DNA of 64,000 nucleotides, taken from NCBI GenBank assembly GCA_031280685.1, contig JAITGM010000027.1:1705-65704 (forward strand). Direction: 5' to 3'. Every line of letters starts with the position of its first letter. Position 1 is the stretch's first letter. A program made the translations under genes and the position numbers. The notes under the pieces are model-generated. The model saw only the letters and a list, made by a program, of their open reading frames with translations. It was not told the origin of the DNA and did no database searches. This DNA comes from Christensenellaceae bacterium. GTDB taxonomy: Bacteria > Bacillota > Clostridia > Christensenellales > UBA1750. Positions 27,460 through 35,599 of this stretch are shown in pieces.

Positions 27460-28485
27460 ATGCACATGGCAGACGCGTTGCTATCCGCCGCGGTGGGCGG
27501 AACGATGTGCGCGGCGAGCGCCGCGGCCATCGGCTACTCGGTGACGAGGATTCAAAAAGACGAGCTTTCTGAAAAGAAGGTGCCCATCATGGCGGTGGCC
27601 GGCGCCTTCGTATTCGCAGCCCAAATGATCAATTTCACGATTCCGGGCACGGGCTCTAGTGGGCACATCGGCGGCGGCATCCTGCTGGCTGCGCTGCTGG
27701 GCGGCTACCCGGCGCTGCTGACGATTTCAGCGGTGCTGCTCATCCAGTGCCTGTTCTTTGCCGATGGCGGCCTGCTGGCCCTTGGCTGCAACATATTCAA
27801 CATGGGGGTCATTCCTTGCCTGGTCGTTTACCCGCTGCTGTTTAAGCCCATGCTCAGGCGAAAAACAAGCCTGGCGGCGATCGGCGCGGCCTCGGTATTG
27901 GCGACGGTGCTCGGGCTGCAGTTCGGCGCCTTTGCCGTGGTGCTCGAAACCCAGGCATCCGGCATTACGGAGCTGCCTTTTTCCGCGTTTGCGCTGCTCA
28001 TGCAGCCCATCCATCTGGCGATTGGCCTGGTCGAAGGGCTGATCACCGCGGCTGTGCTGGGCTTTGTGCACAGCATGCGGCCAGAGATCATGCAAAGCGC
28101 CATCGAAGGCTCGGCGATCGGCGGCGGCGTTCCGCTGCGCCGCGTCTTGCTCAGCTTCGGGGCTGCCGCGCTGATCGTCGGGGCCCTGCTCTCGCTGTTT
28201 GCTTCGGCCTACCCCGATGGGCTTGAATGGTCGATGGAAAGGCTCGCCGGCACGACGGAGCTGGAGCTTAAGGGCGGTGTTTTAGAGGGGGCGGCGGGCA
28301 TCCAGGGGGCGACCGCCTTCATGCCGGACTATGACTTTAAATCACCCGAAGAAGAGGGCTCGCCCCTTGGCACATCGACCGCTGGCGTGGTCGGCGGGGC
28401 GTTGACCTTCGCCTTGGCCGGGGGCACGGCGCTGCTGATCTCTGCGGTTAAGAAAAAGAACCGGGGCGCGAAGGCTACGGCCTAG
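27460..28485 (+). CDS. ECF-type Ni/Co transporter substrate-capture component, fused CbiM/NikM plus CbiN-like PDGLE domain (Lar(MN)-like)
   Basis: The N-terminus begins MH, the metal-ligating Met1-His2 of the CbiM/NikM family. GSSGHIGGG motif, and C-terminal YPDGLEW (PDGLE domain) followed by a transmembrane anchor. Confidence 0.8.
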   Translation: MHMADALLSAAVGGTMCAASAAAIGYSVTRIQKDELSEKKVPIMAVAGAFVFAAQMINFTIPGTGSSGHIGGGILLAALLGGYPALLTISAVLLIQCLFFADGGLLALGCNIFNMGVIPCLVVYPLLFKPMLRRKTSLAAIGAASVLATVLGLQFGAFAVVLETQASGITELPFSAFALLMQPIHLAIGLVEGLITAAVLGFVHSMRPEIMQSAIEGSAIGGGVPLRRVLLSFGAAALIVGALLSLFASAYPDGLEWSMERLAGTTELELKGGVLEGAAGIQGATAFMPDYDFKSPEEEGSPLGTSTAGVVGGALTFALAGGTALLISAVKKKNRGAKATA

Positions 28486-28522
28486 GGCAAAAGGTGAAAT
28501 TAGCCTAAAATCAAGCTTTTTT

Positions 28523-29347
28523 GTGAGGGGGCGAGAGGAATTGGCGCTGACCGGCAACGGAATCAACGAACTGCTGACCCTGGAAGGGCTCGCGGGCGGC
28601 GCCAGCCCCCTGCACCGGCTGCACCCGAGGGCCAAGCTCCTGGCGACGGCCGCCTTTCTCGTCACGGTGCTCTCGTTTGACCAGTTCGCGCTGGGCCGGC
28701 TCATCCCCTTCATCTTTTACCCGGCCGTGCTGATCCCGCTGTCGGACACCCCATTTGCTTTGATCTGCAAGCGGCTGGTGGTCGCCCTGCCCTTCTGCCT
28801 GTTCATCGGCCTGTCGAATCTCTTGCTCGAAAGGCAAACGGCCCTAATGCTTGGCGGCTTCGCCCTGAGCTTTGGGCTTTTATCGTGCCTGTCGCTGCTC
28901 CTGCGCGCCTGCCTTTGCGTGGCCGCGGTGCTGCTCTTGGTCGCGGTGACGCGGCTTTCCGAGCTTACGGCCGCGCTGCGCAGCCTGCATGTGCCCGCGA
29001 TCTTCGTTACGGTGCTTGAGATGACCTATCGCTATATTGGCGTGCTCTGGGGCGAAACTGGCTCGATGCTGCTGGCCTACCGCTTGCGGGGCGGCAGGGC
29101 AAAGGGGGTCGATTTGCGCCACGCGGGCAGCTTCGTGGGCTGCCTTTTTCTGCGCAGCGTCGACCGGGCGGAGCGCGTCTATGCCGCCATGCGCTGCCGC
29201 GGCTATGGCGGTGGGGCGCTTTTTTTGCAAAAGAGGCCGTTTTCGCCGAAGGATTGGGCTTTTTGCGCCCTGATCCCCGCGCTGTGCGCCGTTTTGCGCC
29301 TTGTTGACCTGGGCGAGTTGCTACTTCGCTTGCTGGGAGGGGTTTGA
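28523..29347 (+). CDS. ECF transporter transmembrane (T) component, CbiQ family
   Basis: SPLHRLHPRAKL is the N-terminal motif typical of CbiQ/EcfT, followed by multiple transmembrane helices. The start is uncertain: GTG 28523 or TTG 28541. Confidence 0.75.
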   Translation: MRGREELALTGNGINELLTLEGLAGGASPLHRLHPRAKLLATAAFLVTVLSFDQFALGRLIPFIFYPAVLIPLSDTPFALICKRLVVALPFCLFIGLSNLLLERQTALMLGGFALSFGLLSCLSLLLRACLCVAAVLLLVAVTRLSELTAALRSLHVPAIFVTVLEMTYRYIGVLWGETGSMLLAYRLRGGRAKGVDLRHAGSFVGCLFLRSVDRAERVYAAMRCRGYGGGALFLQKRPFSPKDWAFCALIPALCAVLRLVDLGELLLRLLGGV

Positions 29348-30051
29348 TGCTTCGCGCGCGCGGCCTCGTCGTCGCCTACCCGGATGGAACCCGAGCCGTG
29401 GACGGGCTCTCGCTCCATGTGGCGCAGGGCGAGAGCCTGGGTCTCGTCGGCGCCAACGGCGCGGGCAAGACGAGCCTGATGCTCGCCGTTGCGGGTGTGC
29501 TGCCCGTCGCCGCCGGCGAGCTGGAAGTGGGCGGCATCGCGCTGGAAAAGCGCACGCGCGACGAGGTTAGGAGGCGGGTGGGGCTCGTCTTTCAAAACCC
29601 TGACGATCAGCTCTTTATGCCCACCCTCTATGACGATATCGCCTTTGGCCCGCGCAACGACGGCCTTTCAGACGACGAAGTTTCAAGGCGGGTCGAGGGG
29701 GCGCTCGGCGCGCTTGGCATCGCGCATCTGGCAAAAAGCGCGGCGCCCAGGCTTTCGGGCGGGGAAAAGCGGCTGGCGGCAATCGCCACGGTGCTCTCGA
29801 TGGATCCAAAGCTTCTGCTCTTTGACGAGCCTACGGCCTTTTTGGATCTTCGGGCGCGGCGCAAGCTGATCGGGCTTTTAAACGCGCTGCCGCAGGCCAA
29901 GCTCATCGCCAGCCATGACCTGCCCTTTTTAGAGGAGGTGTGCGGGCGGGCGGTTTTGATGGCAAAAGGCCGCGTTTTGGCCGAAGGACGCGCGAAAGAT
30001 CTCTTTGGCGACCGGCGGCTGATGGAAGAAGGCGAGCCCGAGGGGCTTTGA
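29344..30051 (+). CDS. ECF transporter ATP-binding (A) component, CbiO family
   Basis: Walker A GANGAGKTS, signature LSGGEKRL, Walker B LLLFDEPT. 4-nt overlap with the cbiQ-like gene. Confidence 0.85.
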   Translation: MMLRARGLVVAYPDGTRAVDGLSLHVAQGESLGLVGANGAGKTSLMLAVAGVLPVAAGELEVGGIALEKRTRDEVRRRVGLVFQNPDDQLFMPTLYDDIAFGPRNDGLSDDEVSRRVEGALGALGIAHLAKSAAPRLSGGEKRLAAIATVLSMDPKLLLFDEPTAFLDLRARRKLIGLLNALPQAKLIASHDLPFLEEVCGRAVLMAKGRVLAEGRAKDLFGDRRLMEEGEPEGL

Positions 30052-30068
30052 ATGAGGAGGGAAGGCGA

Positions 30069-30851
30069 ATGGCACAGAACAACGATGAGGTTTTGCGGCT
30101 GTTGCGCCGCATCAAAAACGGCGAGATCAGCCCAGAGGCGGCGGCCGGGCTGATCACGGAAGGCTCGTTTACTGACCTTGGTTATGCGAAGGTCGATCAC
30201 CACAGGGCGCTGCGGCAGGGCGTGGGCGAGGTGATCTACGGCCAGGGCAAGACGAAAGAGCAGATCGCGGGCATTTTGCAAAACATGGGCGAAGCCGGCG
30301 CGCGCAACGTGCTGGTGACCCGAATCGGCCAAGACACCGCCGATTTTTTGCAAAAAGAGGGCATCGAACTAGGCTATCATGCCGTCCCGCGGCTGGCGGT
30401 CGCCCTGCCGGGCCCTGGCAAGAAGCGCGTGGGCAAGATCGTGATCGCGAGCGGCGGCACCAGCGACATGGCGGTTTGCGAGGAGGCGGCATTGACCGCG
30501 GAAACCCTGGGCAACGAGGTCTGCAGGCTCTATGACGTGGGCGTGGCCGGGCTGCACCGCCTGCTTTCGCGCCTTGAAACGCTGCAGAGCGCGCGGGTCG
30601 TCGTCGCGGTGGCCGGCATGGAGGGCGCGCTGGCCAGCGTGATCGGCGGGCTGGTGAGCTGCCCCGTGATCGCGGTGCCCACATCGGTCGGTTACGGCGC
30701 GAACTTCGGCGGGCTGGCTGCCCTGCTGTCGATGCTCAACTCCTGCTCGGCCGGGGTTTCGGTCGTCAATATCGACAATGGCTTTGGCGCCGGCTTTTTG
30801 GCCAGCAGGATCAACCAAGTGGGCGGAAGGGGCGGCGAGGAGGACGGCTGA
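30069..30851 (+). CDS. larB: Nickel-pincer cofactor biosynthesis protein LarB (pyridinium-3,5-biscarboxylic acid mononucleotide synthase)
   Basis: PurE-like domain with ASGGTSDMAV and AGMEGALASVIGG. N-terminal YAKVDHHRALRQGVGEVIYG is typical of LarB. The start at ATG 30069 follows GAGGAGGGAAGG. Confidence 0.8.
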   Translation: MAQNNDEVLRLLRRIKNGEISPEAAAGLITEGSFTDLGYAKVDHHRALRQGVGEVIYGQGKTKEQIAGILQNMGEAGARNVLVTRIGQDTADFLQKEGIELGYHAVPRLAVALPGPGKKRVGKIVIASGGTSDMAVCEEAALTAETLGNEVCRLYDVGVAGLHRLLSRLETLQSARVVVAVAGMEGALASVIGGLVSCPVIAVPTSVGYGANFGGLAALLSMLNSCSAGVSVVNIDNGFGAGFLASRINQVGGRGGEEDG

Positions 30852-30968
30852 GGGCGCGCCGCGAAGCTTCAGCACCTTTTGCCCCGGATGCGGGGCTGAA
30901 AAAGGCAACTATGGCATGGATCAGAGAGAGGATAAGGCCAAAGAGGGCAAACGAAAGGAGCCAAAAAG

Positions 30969-31805
30969 ATGACCATCGAGCAGAAACACGAGGAGTTGAA
31001 GGCGTATTTAAGGGCTTTGGGCAGCGTGGCCGTGGCGTTTTCGAGCGGGGTGGATTCGACCTTCCTGCTCAAGACCGCGCACGAGGTGCTGGGCGAGAAG
31101 GCGATCGCCGTGACCGCGCGCTCTTGCTCCTTCCCCGCGCGGGAGCTGGGCGAGGCCCAGGCTTTTTGCCAAAAAGAAGGAATTTTGCACGTCGTGTGCG
31201 ATTCCGAAGAGCTAGAGATCGAGGGCTTTTCGCATAACCCGGTCAATCGCTGCTACCTTTGCAAGAGCGAGCTCTTCAATAAAATCTGGGCGGTCGCAAG
31301 GGAGCACGGCATCGAGTACGTCGCCGAAGGCTCGAACATGGACGATAATGGCGACTACCGCCCGGGCCTGCAGGCGGTTTCCGAGCAGGGGGTGAAAAGC
31401 CCTCTGCGCTATGCAGAACTCAATAAAGAGGAGATTCGCGCGCTTTCGAAGGCGATGGGCTTGCCCACCTGGGATAAGCAGTCCTTCGCATGCCTGTCGT
31501 CGCGCTTCCCCTATGGCGAGGAGATCAGCGCCCAGCGCCTGGGGATGGTCGATCGGGCCGAGCAATTTCTGATCGACCTGGGCTTCAGGCAGCTTCGGGT
31601 GCGCTACCATGGCAATCTTGCGAGGATAGAAACCGACGCGAAAGGCTTTGACGCGATGGCGGACGCCGCGATCCGCGGGAGGATTCATGCCGCCCTCAAG
31701 GAGATCGGCTTCCAATATGTGGCGCTGGATCTTTTGGGCTACCGCACGGGCAGCATGAACGAAACCCTCGATAAGGAAGTGCTTCAGGCGGGGCAAAGGG
31801 CGTAG
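30969..31805 (+). CDS. larE: ATP-dependent sacrificial sulfur transferase LarE
   Basis: PP-loop SSGVDS, NRCYLCK, and ACLSSRFPYG, which contains the candidate sulfur-donor Cys. Confidence 0.8.
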   Translation: MTIEQKHEELKAYLRALGSVAVAFSSGVDSTFLLKTAHEVLGEKAIAVTARSCSFPARELGEAQAFCQKEGILHVVCDSEELEIEGFSHNPVNRCYLCKSELFNKIWAVAREHGIEYVAEGSNMDDNGDYRPGLQAVSEQGVKSPLRYAELNKEEIRALSKAMGLPTWDKQSFACLSSRFPYGEEISAQRLGMVDRAEQFLIDLGFRQLRVRYHGNLARIETDAKGFDAMADAAIRGRIHAALKEIGFQYVALDLLGYRTGSMNETLDKEVLQAGQRA

Positions 31806-31820
31806 AAAAAGCGGTTTTAC

Positions 31821-31852
31821 GAAAAAAAGCCCCCGGCATAGGCCGGGGGCTT
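31821..31852. terminator. Shared terminator between larE and the DJ-1 gene (stronger on the minus strand)
   Basis: AGCCCCCGGC-ATAG-GCCGGGGGCT forms a 10-bp stem, flanked by A7 on the left and TTT on the right. Confidence 0.75.
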
Positions 31853-31856
31853 TGAC

Positions 31857-32345
31857 TTAGGCCGAAAAGGGGTCGCAATCGGGGTTCTCGTTCCAAAGGT
31901 ATTCGATGGCTGCCGCGAGTTCAAGAGCACGCTGCCCACCAAAGCGATCCGCGACGAAACCAAGGGCCATGTCCATCCCCGCGCAAACGCCGGAGGAACT
32001 GCAAAATTCGCCGCCCGCCACCAAGCGGGCGCTTTTTTGCCAAAGGGCACCCGGCCCTTGCGAGGGTACCCAGTCAAAAGCGTGCTTGTTTGAGGTCGCG
32101 CGCATGCCGCCGGGCAGCCCGGCCTTGGCTAGCAGGGCCGGGCCTGTGCAGATGGCCAGCACGAAGGGCGCCGCCCTGGCAAGGCGGGCAAGCTCCCGCA
32201 AAAAGGCCTCGTAGCGGACGAGCGCGCGGGTACCCGGCCCGCCGGGGACGAGCAAAACGCCGCCCTCGCCCAGCGCGAAGAGGGGCAGGGTCCTGGACGC
32301 GAACGCCCTGTGCGCTGCGAACGGGCCCGCCGGCCATCGAGCCAA
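31857..32345 (-). CDS. DJ-1/PfpI family protein, apparently lacking its native N-terminus (possible pseudogene)
   Basis: Nucleophile elbow AICTGPALLAKAG. The first available start is TTG 32345, but the conserved FDGFETLDAFG strand is encoded upstream at 32346-32441 with no start codon. Confidence 0.6.
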   Translation of the reverse strand: MARWPAGPFAAHRAFASRTLPLFALGEGGVLLVPGGPGTRALVRYEAFLRELARLARAAPFVLAICTGPALLAKAGLPGGMRATSNKHAFDWVPSQGPGALWQKSARLVAGGEFCSSSGVCAGMDMALGFVADRFGGQRALELAAAIEYLWNENPDCDPFSA

Positions 32346-32441
32346 AGCCTGGCCGAAGGCGTCCAGGGTTTCAAAGCCGTCAAAAGAGCAGGAAGTGAAC
32401 GGGCCGCAAGGGCAAAGGGCGCCTTGTGGGCCGGCCGGGGC

Positions 32442-33635
32442 CTAGAGCTTTGCCGCGATAGCGATTAAAAATGCCTGCGCGCTGACTGTTTTTGCCTCGC
32501 CCTTGAAGAGGGAGGCCAAATCGCCGGTCATCACGCCGCCCTCAATGGTTTCGATGGTGACGCGCTCGAGCTTTTGGGCGAAGGCCGTAAGCTCCGGGCT
32601 GCCGTCAAGCTCGCCGCGCTTGGCGAGCGCCCCCGTCCAGGCCATGATGGTGGCCACAGGGTTGCTCGAGGTTTGCTTGCCCTGCAGGTGCTGGTAATAG
32701 TGGCGCGTGATGGTGCCGTGCGCCGCCTCGTACTCATAGTTACCCTCGGGCGAAACGAGCACCGAGGTCATCATCGAGAGCGAGCCGAAGACCGTGGCGA
32801 CCATGTCGCTCATCACGTCGCCGTCGTAGTTCTTGCAGGCCCAGATGAAGCCGCCGTTTGAGCGCACCACGCGGGCCACAGCATCGTCGATCAGGGTGTA
32901 GAAGTACTCGATGCCGAGGGCTTCAAACTTGGCCCTGTAGTCGCTTTCGAAAAGCTCGGCGAAGATGTCTTTGAAGTGATGGTCGTAGGTCTTTGAGATC
33001 GTGTCTTTGGTGGCGAACCAGAGCGTCTGCCTGGTATCGATCGCGTAGTTGAAACAGGCCTTGGCGAAGGAGCGGATGGAAGAATCGGTGTTGTGGATGC
33101 CCTGCACGATGCCGGGGCCCTTAAAGTCGTGCACGGGGGTGGTTTCGGTCTGGCCGTCCTCATATTCTACGCGGATCTCCGCCTTGGCGGGGGCTTTGAC
33201 GAGCAGCTCGCTGCCCTTGTAAATGTCGCCGTAGGCGTGGCGGGCGATGGTGATGGGCGCCGTCCAGTTCTTGATGTAGGGGTCGATGCCCTTGATCACG
33301 ATGGGCGCACGGAAGACCGTACCATCCAGCGCCGCGCGGATGGTCGCGTTGGGCGAGGGCCAAACCTTTTTGAGCTTGTATTCCTCAAGACGCTGGGCGT
33401 TGGGCGTGATGGTGGCGCATTTTACGCCCACGCCGTATTTTTTGATGGCCTCGGCGGCGTCGTGCGTGACCTGATCCTGGGTTTGGTCGCGGTAGGGCAG
33501 GCCAAGGTCGTAATACTCGGTTTTTAGCTCTATGAAGGGCGTGAGGAGCGTTTCTTTGATCATCGCCCAAAGGATGCGGGTCATCTCGTCGCCGTCCATT
33601 TCGACCAGCGGCGTCTTCATGGGGATTTTAGCCAT
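32442..33635 (-). CDS. icd: NADP-dependent isocitrate dehydrogenase (eukaryote-like, about 400 aa type)
   Basis: VEMDGDEMTRILW, KCATITPN, TIARHAYGDIYKG. The start at ATG 33635 follows AGGAGGTG; the track start at 33965 is upstream of it. Confidence 0.9.
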   Translation of the reverse strand: MAKIPMKTPLVEMDGDEMTRILWAMIKETLLTPFIELKTEYYDLGLPYRDQTQDQVTHDAAEAIKKYGVGVKCATITPNAQRLEEYKLKKVWPSPNATIRAALDGTVFRAPIVIKGIDPYIKNWTAPITIARHAYGDIYKGSELLVKAPAKAEIRVEYEDGQTETTPVHDFKGPGIVQGIHNTDSSIRSFAKACFNYAIDTRQTLWFATKDTISKTYDHHFKDIFAELFESDYRAKFEALGIEYFYTLIDDAVARVVRSNGGFIWACKNYDGDVMSDMVATVFGSLSMMTSVLVSPEGNYEYEAAHGTITRHYYQHLQGKQTSSNPVATIMAWTGALAKRGELDGSPELTAFAQKLERVTIETIEGGVMTGDLASLFKGEAKTVSAQAFLIAIAAKL

Positions 33636-33773
33636 CGGGCACCTCCTGCTTTGGTTTGCTATGGCTTCATCATAGCGGGTCTTGGCGCGTTTTTCAAGCG
33701 CGAAGTTCGAAAGCGGGGGCGCGCGCCGCAAATTAAAACTTTCTATGAACCACGGCAAAAGATTAAGGGGTTG

Positions 33774-33782
33774 TGTTAAAAT
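33774..33782 (+). promoter_or_regulatory. Extended -10 element upstream of the RelA/SpoT-like gene
   Basis: TGTTAAAAT (TGnTAAAAT), 35 nt upstream of ATG 33817. Confidence 0.4.
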
Positions 33783-33816
33783 AGGGAAAGAACAAAGCGA
33801 GGGGAGGCGTTCAGCC

Positions 33817-35154
33817 ATGAAGCTCTTCGTGTTTGAGCTGGTGCAACGGGCCACGGAGCTTTTAAAAGAAAGGCGCCAGGGCCTGGAAGAGAAGGCGGCC
33901 GAGCTGCAGGCGCATTTTTCGCAGGTCTTTGCCGGGCACGCGGAAACCCTGGTGGGCATCAACACCCGGGTGAAGGGCGAAGAAAGCCTGAAGGAAAAGA
34001 TCCTGCGGCGCGGGCTTTATAAAAGCCACACCTACGCGGAAACGATTTTGGATAACATGCCGGATCTCATCGGCCTGCGCGTGGAATGCCGCTTTTTGGC
34101 CGACGAGGCGGCGCTTGCCGCGATTTTGATAGAACGCTTCACCGAAAAGACTGCGGATGGCTTTTATTGTGCGCCAGGCTTTCCCGATGTGCGCCTCGAA
34201 ATGGAAGAAATGCAGCCCCAGATCCAAAATAACGGCCAGAAGATCTATAAGATCGACGGCGCTTGCGGACCCATCGGCGCGGCGACGCGCTTTGAGCTGC
34301 AGATCAAGGCGCTGGTGCACGTCTTTTGGGCCGAGGTCGAGCACGAGATCATCTATAAAAACAACAGCTACATGCTGATGGACAGCTTCATGAAGCAAAT
34401 GCTGGAATTGGCCTACCAAAACCTTTCGCAGGTCGATAACCAGCTCTACCTCATCTATAGCCAGATCCAGCGCCAGAGCGTGAACCACGACGAGGGCACT
34501 CGCGAGGATGCCCTGCGCGCCCTCTTTGCCAAGACGATTTCTGACATGTTCTATGTCAAAATGCACAAGAATTTGGGCTTTACCCTAGATTTTCGCAGAT
34601 CCTGCGACATTTTGAGCCGCTACCTGCTGGCCAGGCACGAAGCCCTCAACGCGGAAGAAGGCGCGGGCGTGACGGCTCTGCTCTCGCGCATCGGCAGGGC
34701 GGCCGCCGAAGAGATCGACTTTAGCTCGCCGCTCGAGCTGGAAGACGAGCTCAAGAGCGGCATTCCCTTTGTGGACATCCTCGCCGAGCACCTCACCAGC
34801 CAGATGAACTTGGACTTTGAGTGGAACATGCTCTTTCGCATGCTCTTTACGCTGGAGCCTGGCTCAAACATCGAAGATCTGGCCAACCTGTTGGCGATGC
34901 TGCGCAAAAGGCTTTCGGACGACGCCCTTTACGCCCCGCTTTTTTTAAGCTGGCCGCGCGAGGCGGCCGAGGGTTTTAAGCAGGCCCTGCTCATCCACGC
35001 GGCGCACCAGATGGCGGCCGACGGCAGTGTGCGCATCATCTACGATGAAACGCTGGAGGAGATTCGCCGAAGCATCGCCAGGACGGCGGCTGCCTACGCC
35101 TCGGCGCCACCGCCGCAGAGCTTCCCGCGGGTCACGCTTTGGAGCCCTGCATGA
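33817..35154 (+). CDS. Divergent RelA/SpoT-domain (small alarmone synthetase fold) protein with a long uncharacterised C-terminal extension
   Basis: The motifs occur in order: RVKGEESLKEK (aa 51-61), DLIGLRVECRF (83-93), ELQIKALVHVFWAEVEHEIIYK (160-181). There is no HD, TGS or ACT domain, and I cannot assign aa 200-445. Confidence 0.7.
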   Translation: MKLFVFELVQRATELLKERRQGLEEKAAELQAHFSQVFAGHAETLVGINTRVKGEESLKEKILRRGLYKSHTYAETILDNMPDLIGLRVECRFLADEAALAAILIERFTEKTADGFYCAPGFPDVRLEMEEMQPQIQNNGQKIYKIDGACGPIGAATRFELQIKALVHVFWAEVEHEIIYKNNSYMLMDSFMKQMLELAYQNLSQVDNQLYLIYSQIQRQSVNHDEGTREDALRALFAKTISDMFYVKMHKNLGFTLDFRRSCDILSRYLLARHEALNAEEGAGVTALLSRIGRAAAEEIDFSSPLELEDELKSGIPFVDILAEHLTSQMNLDFEWNMLFRMLFTLEPGSNIEDLANLLAMLRKRLSDDALYAPLFLSWPREAAEGFKQALLIHAAHQMAADGSVRIIYDETLEEIRRSIARTAAAYASAPPPQSFPRVTLWSPA

Positions 35155-35204
35155 GGTTTTTTGCCCTTTTCGCCCTTTTTCAAGGCTGATTCGCCCGTTT
35201 TCTA

Positions 35205-35470
35205 CCCTTGGCGCGCGAGCGGAGCGAGCGCGCCTCTCTTGGGCCGAGCGCAGCGAGGCCCCCGGCGCCGCCATAGGCGGCGCAACCCCCGGGCGGCGCA
35301 GCCGCCCGAACCCGCAAAAGGTTGGTAGCGAGTGGGAGCCGTCGCGAGCGCGTTTACAAGCGAGCAGACGAAGCGAGCGTGACCTTTTGCGGAGACGACG
35401 AGCGGCGGAGCGGGGCGAAAACCCGCGGGCGGCGAAGCCGGCCTAGCGGGGATGAGCGCAGCGCAGCCCG
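35205..35470. repeat. Intergenic island D, with the core motif plus a degenerate GCGAGCG-rich array and small hairpins
   Basis: The core GCGCGCGAGCGGAGCGAGCGCGCC lies at 35211-35234 and TCTTGG at 35237-35242. These are followed by CCGAGCGCAGCGAGG, CGCCGCC-ATA-GGCGGCG, GGGCGGC-GCA-GCCGCCC, and further GCGAG(C/T)G units. Confidence 0.65.
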
Positions 35471-35481
35471 CGAGGAGGAGC

Positions 35482-35509
35482 TTGACAAGAAACCAGAAAC
35501 GGTTATGCT
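35482..35509 (+). promoter_or_regulatory. Candidate sigma-A promoter of the MFS transporter gene
   Basis: TTGACA (35482-35487), a 16-nt spacer, then TATGCT (35504-35509). Confidence 0.55.
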
Positions 35510-35599
35510 AGTACGAGCGAATATGGCCGAAAAGCCCCGGCCGCGCCCTCGAGGGGCGGAACAAAATGGGGCGCGGCAGCTTGGGGGAAGGGCATAACC

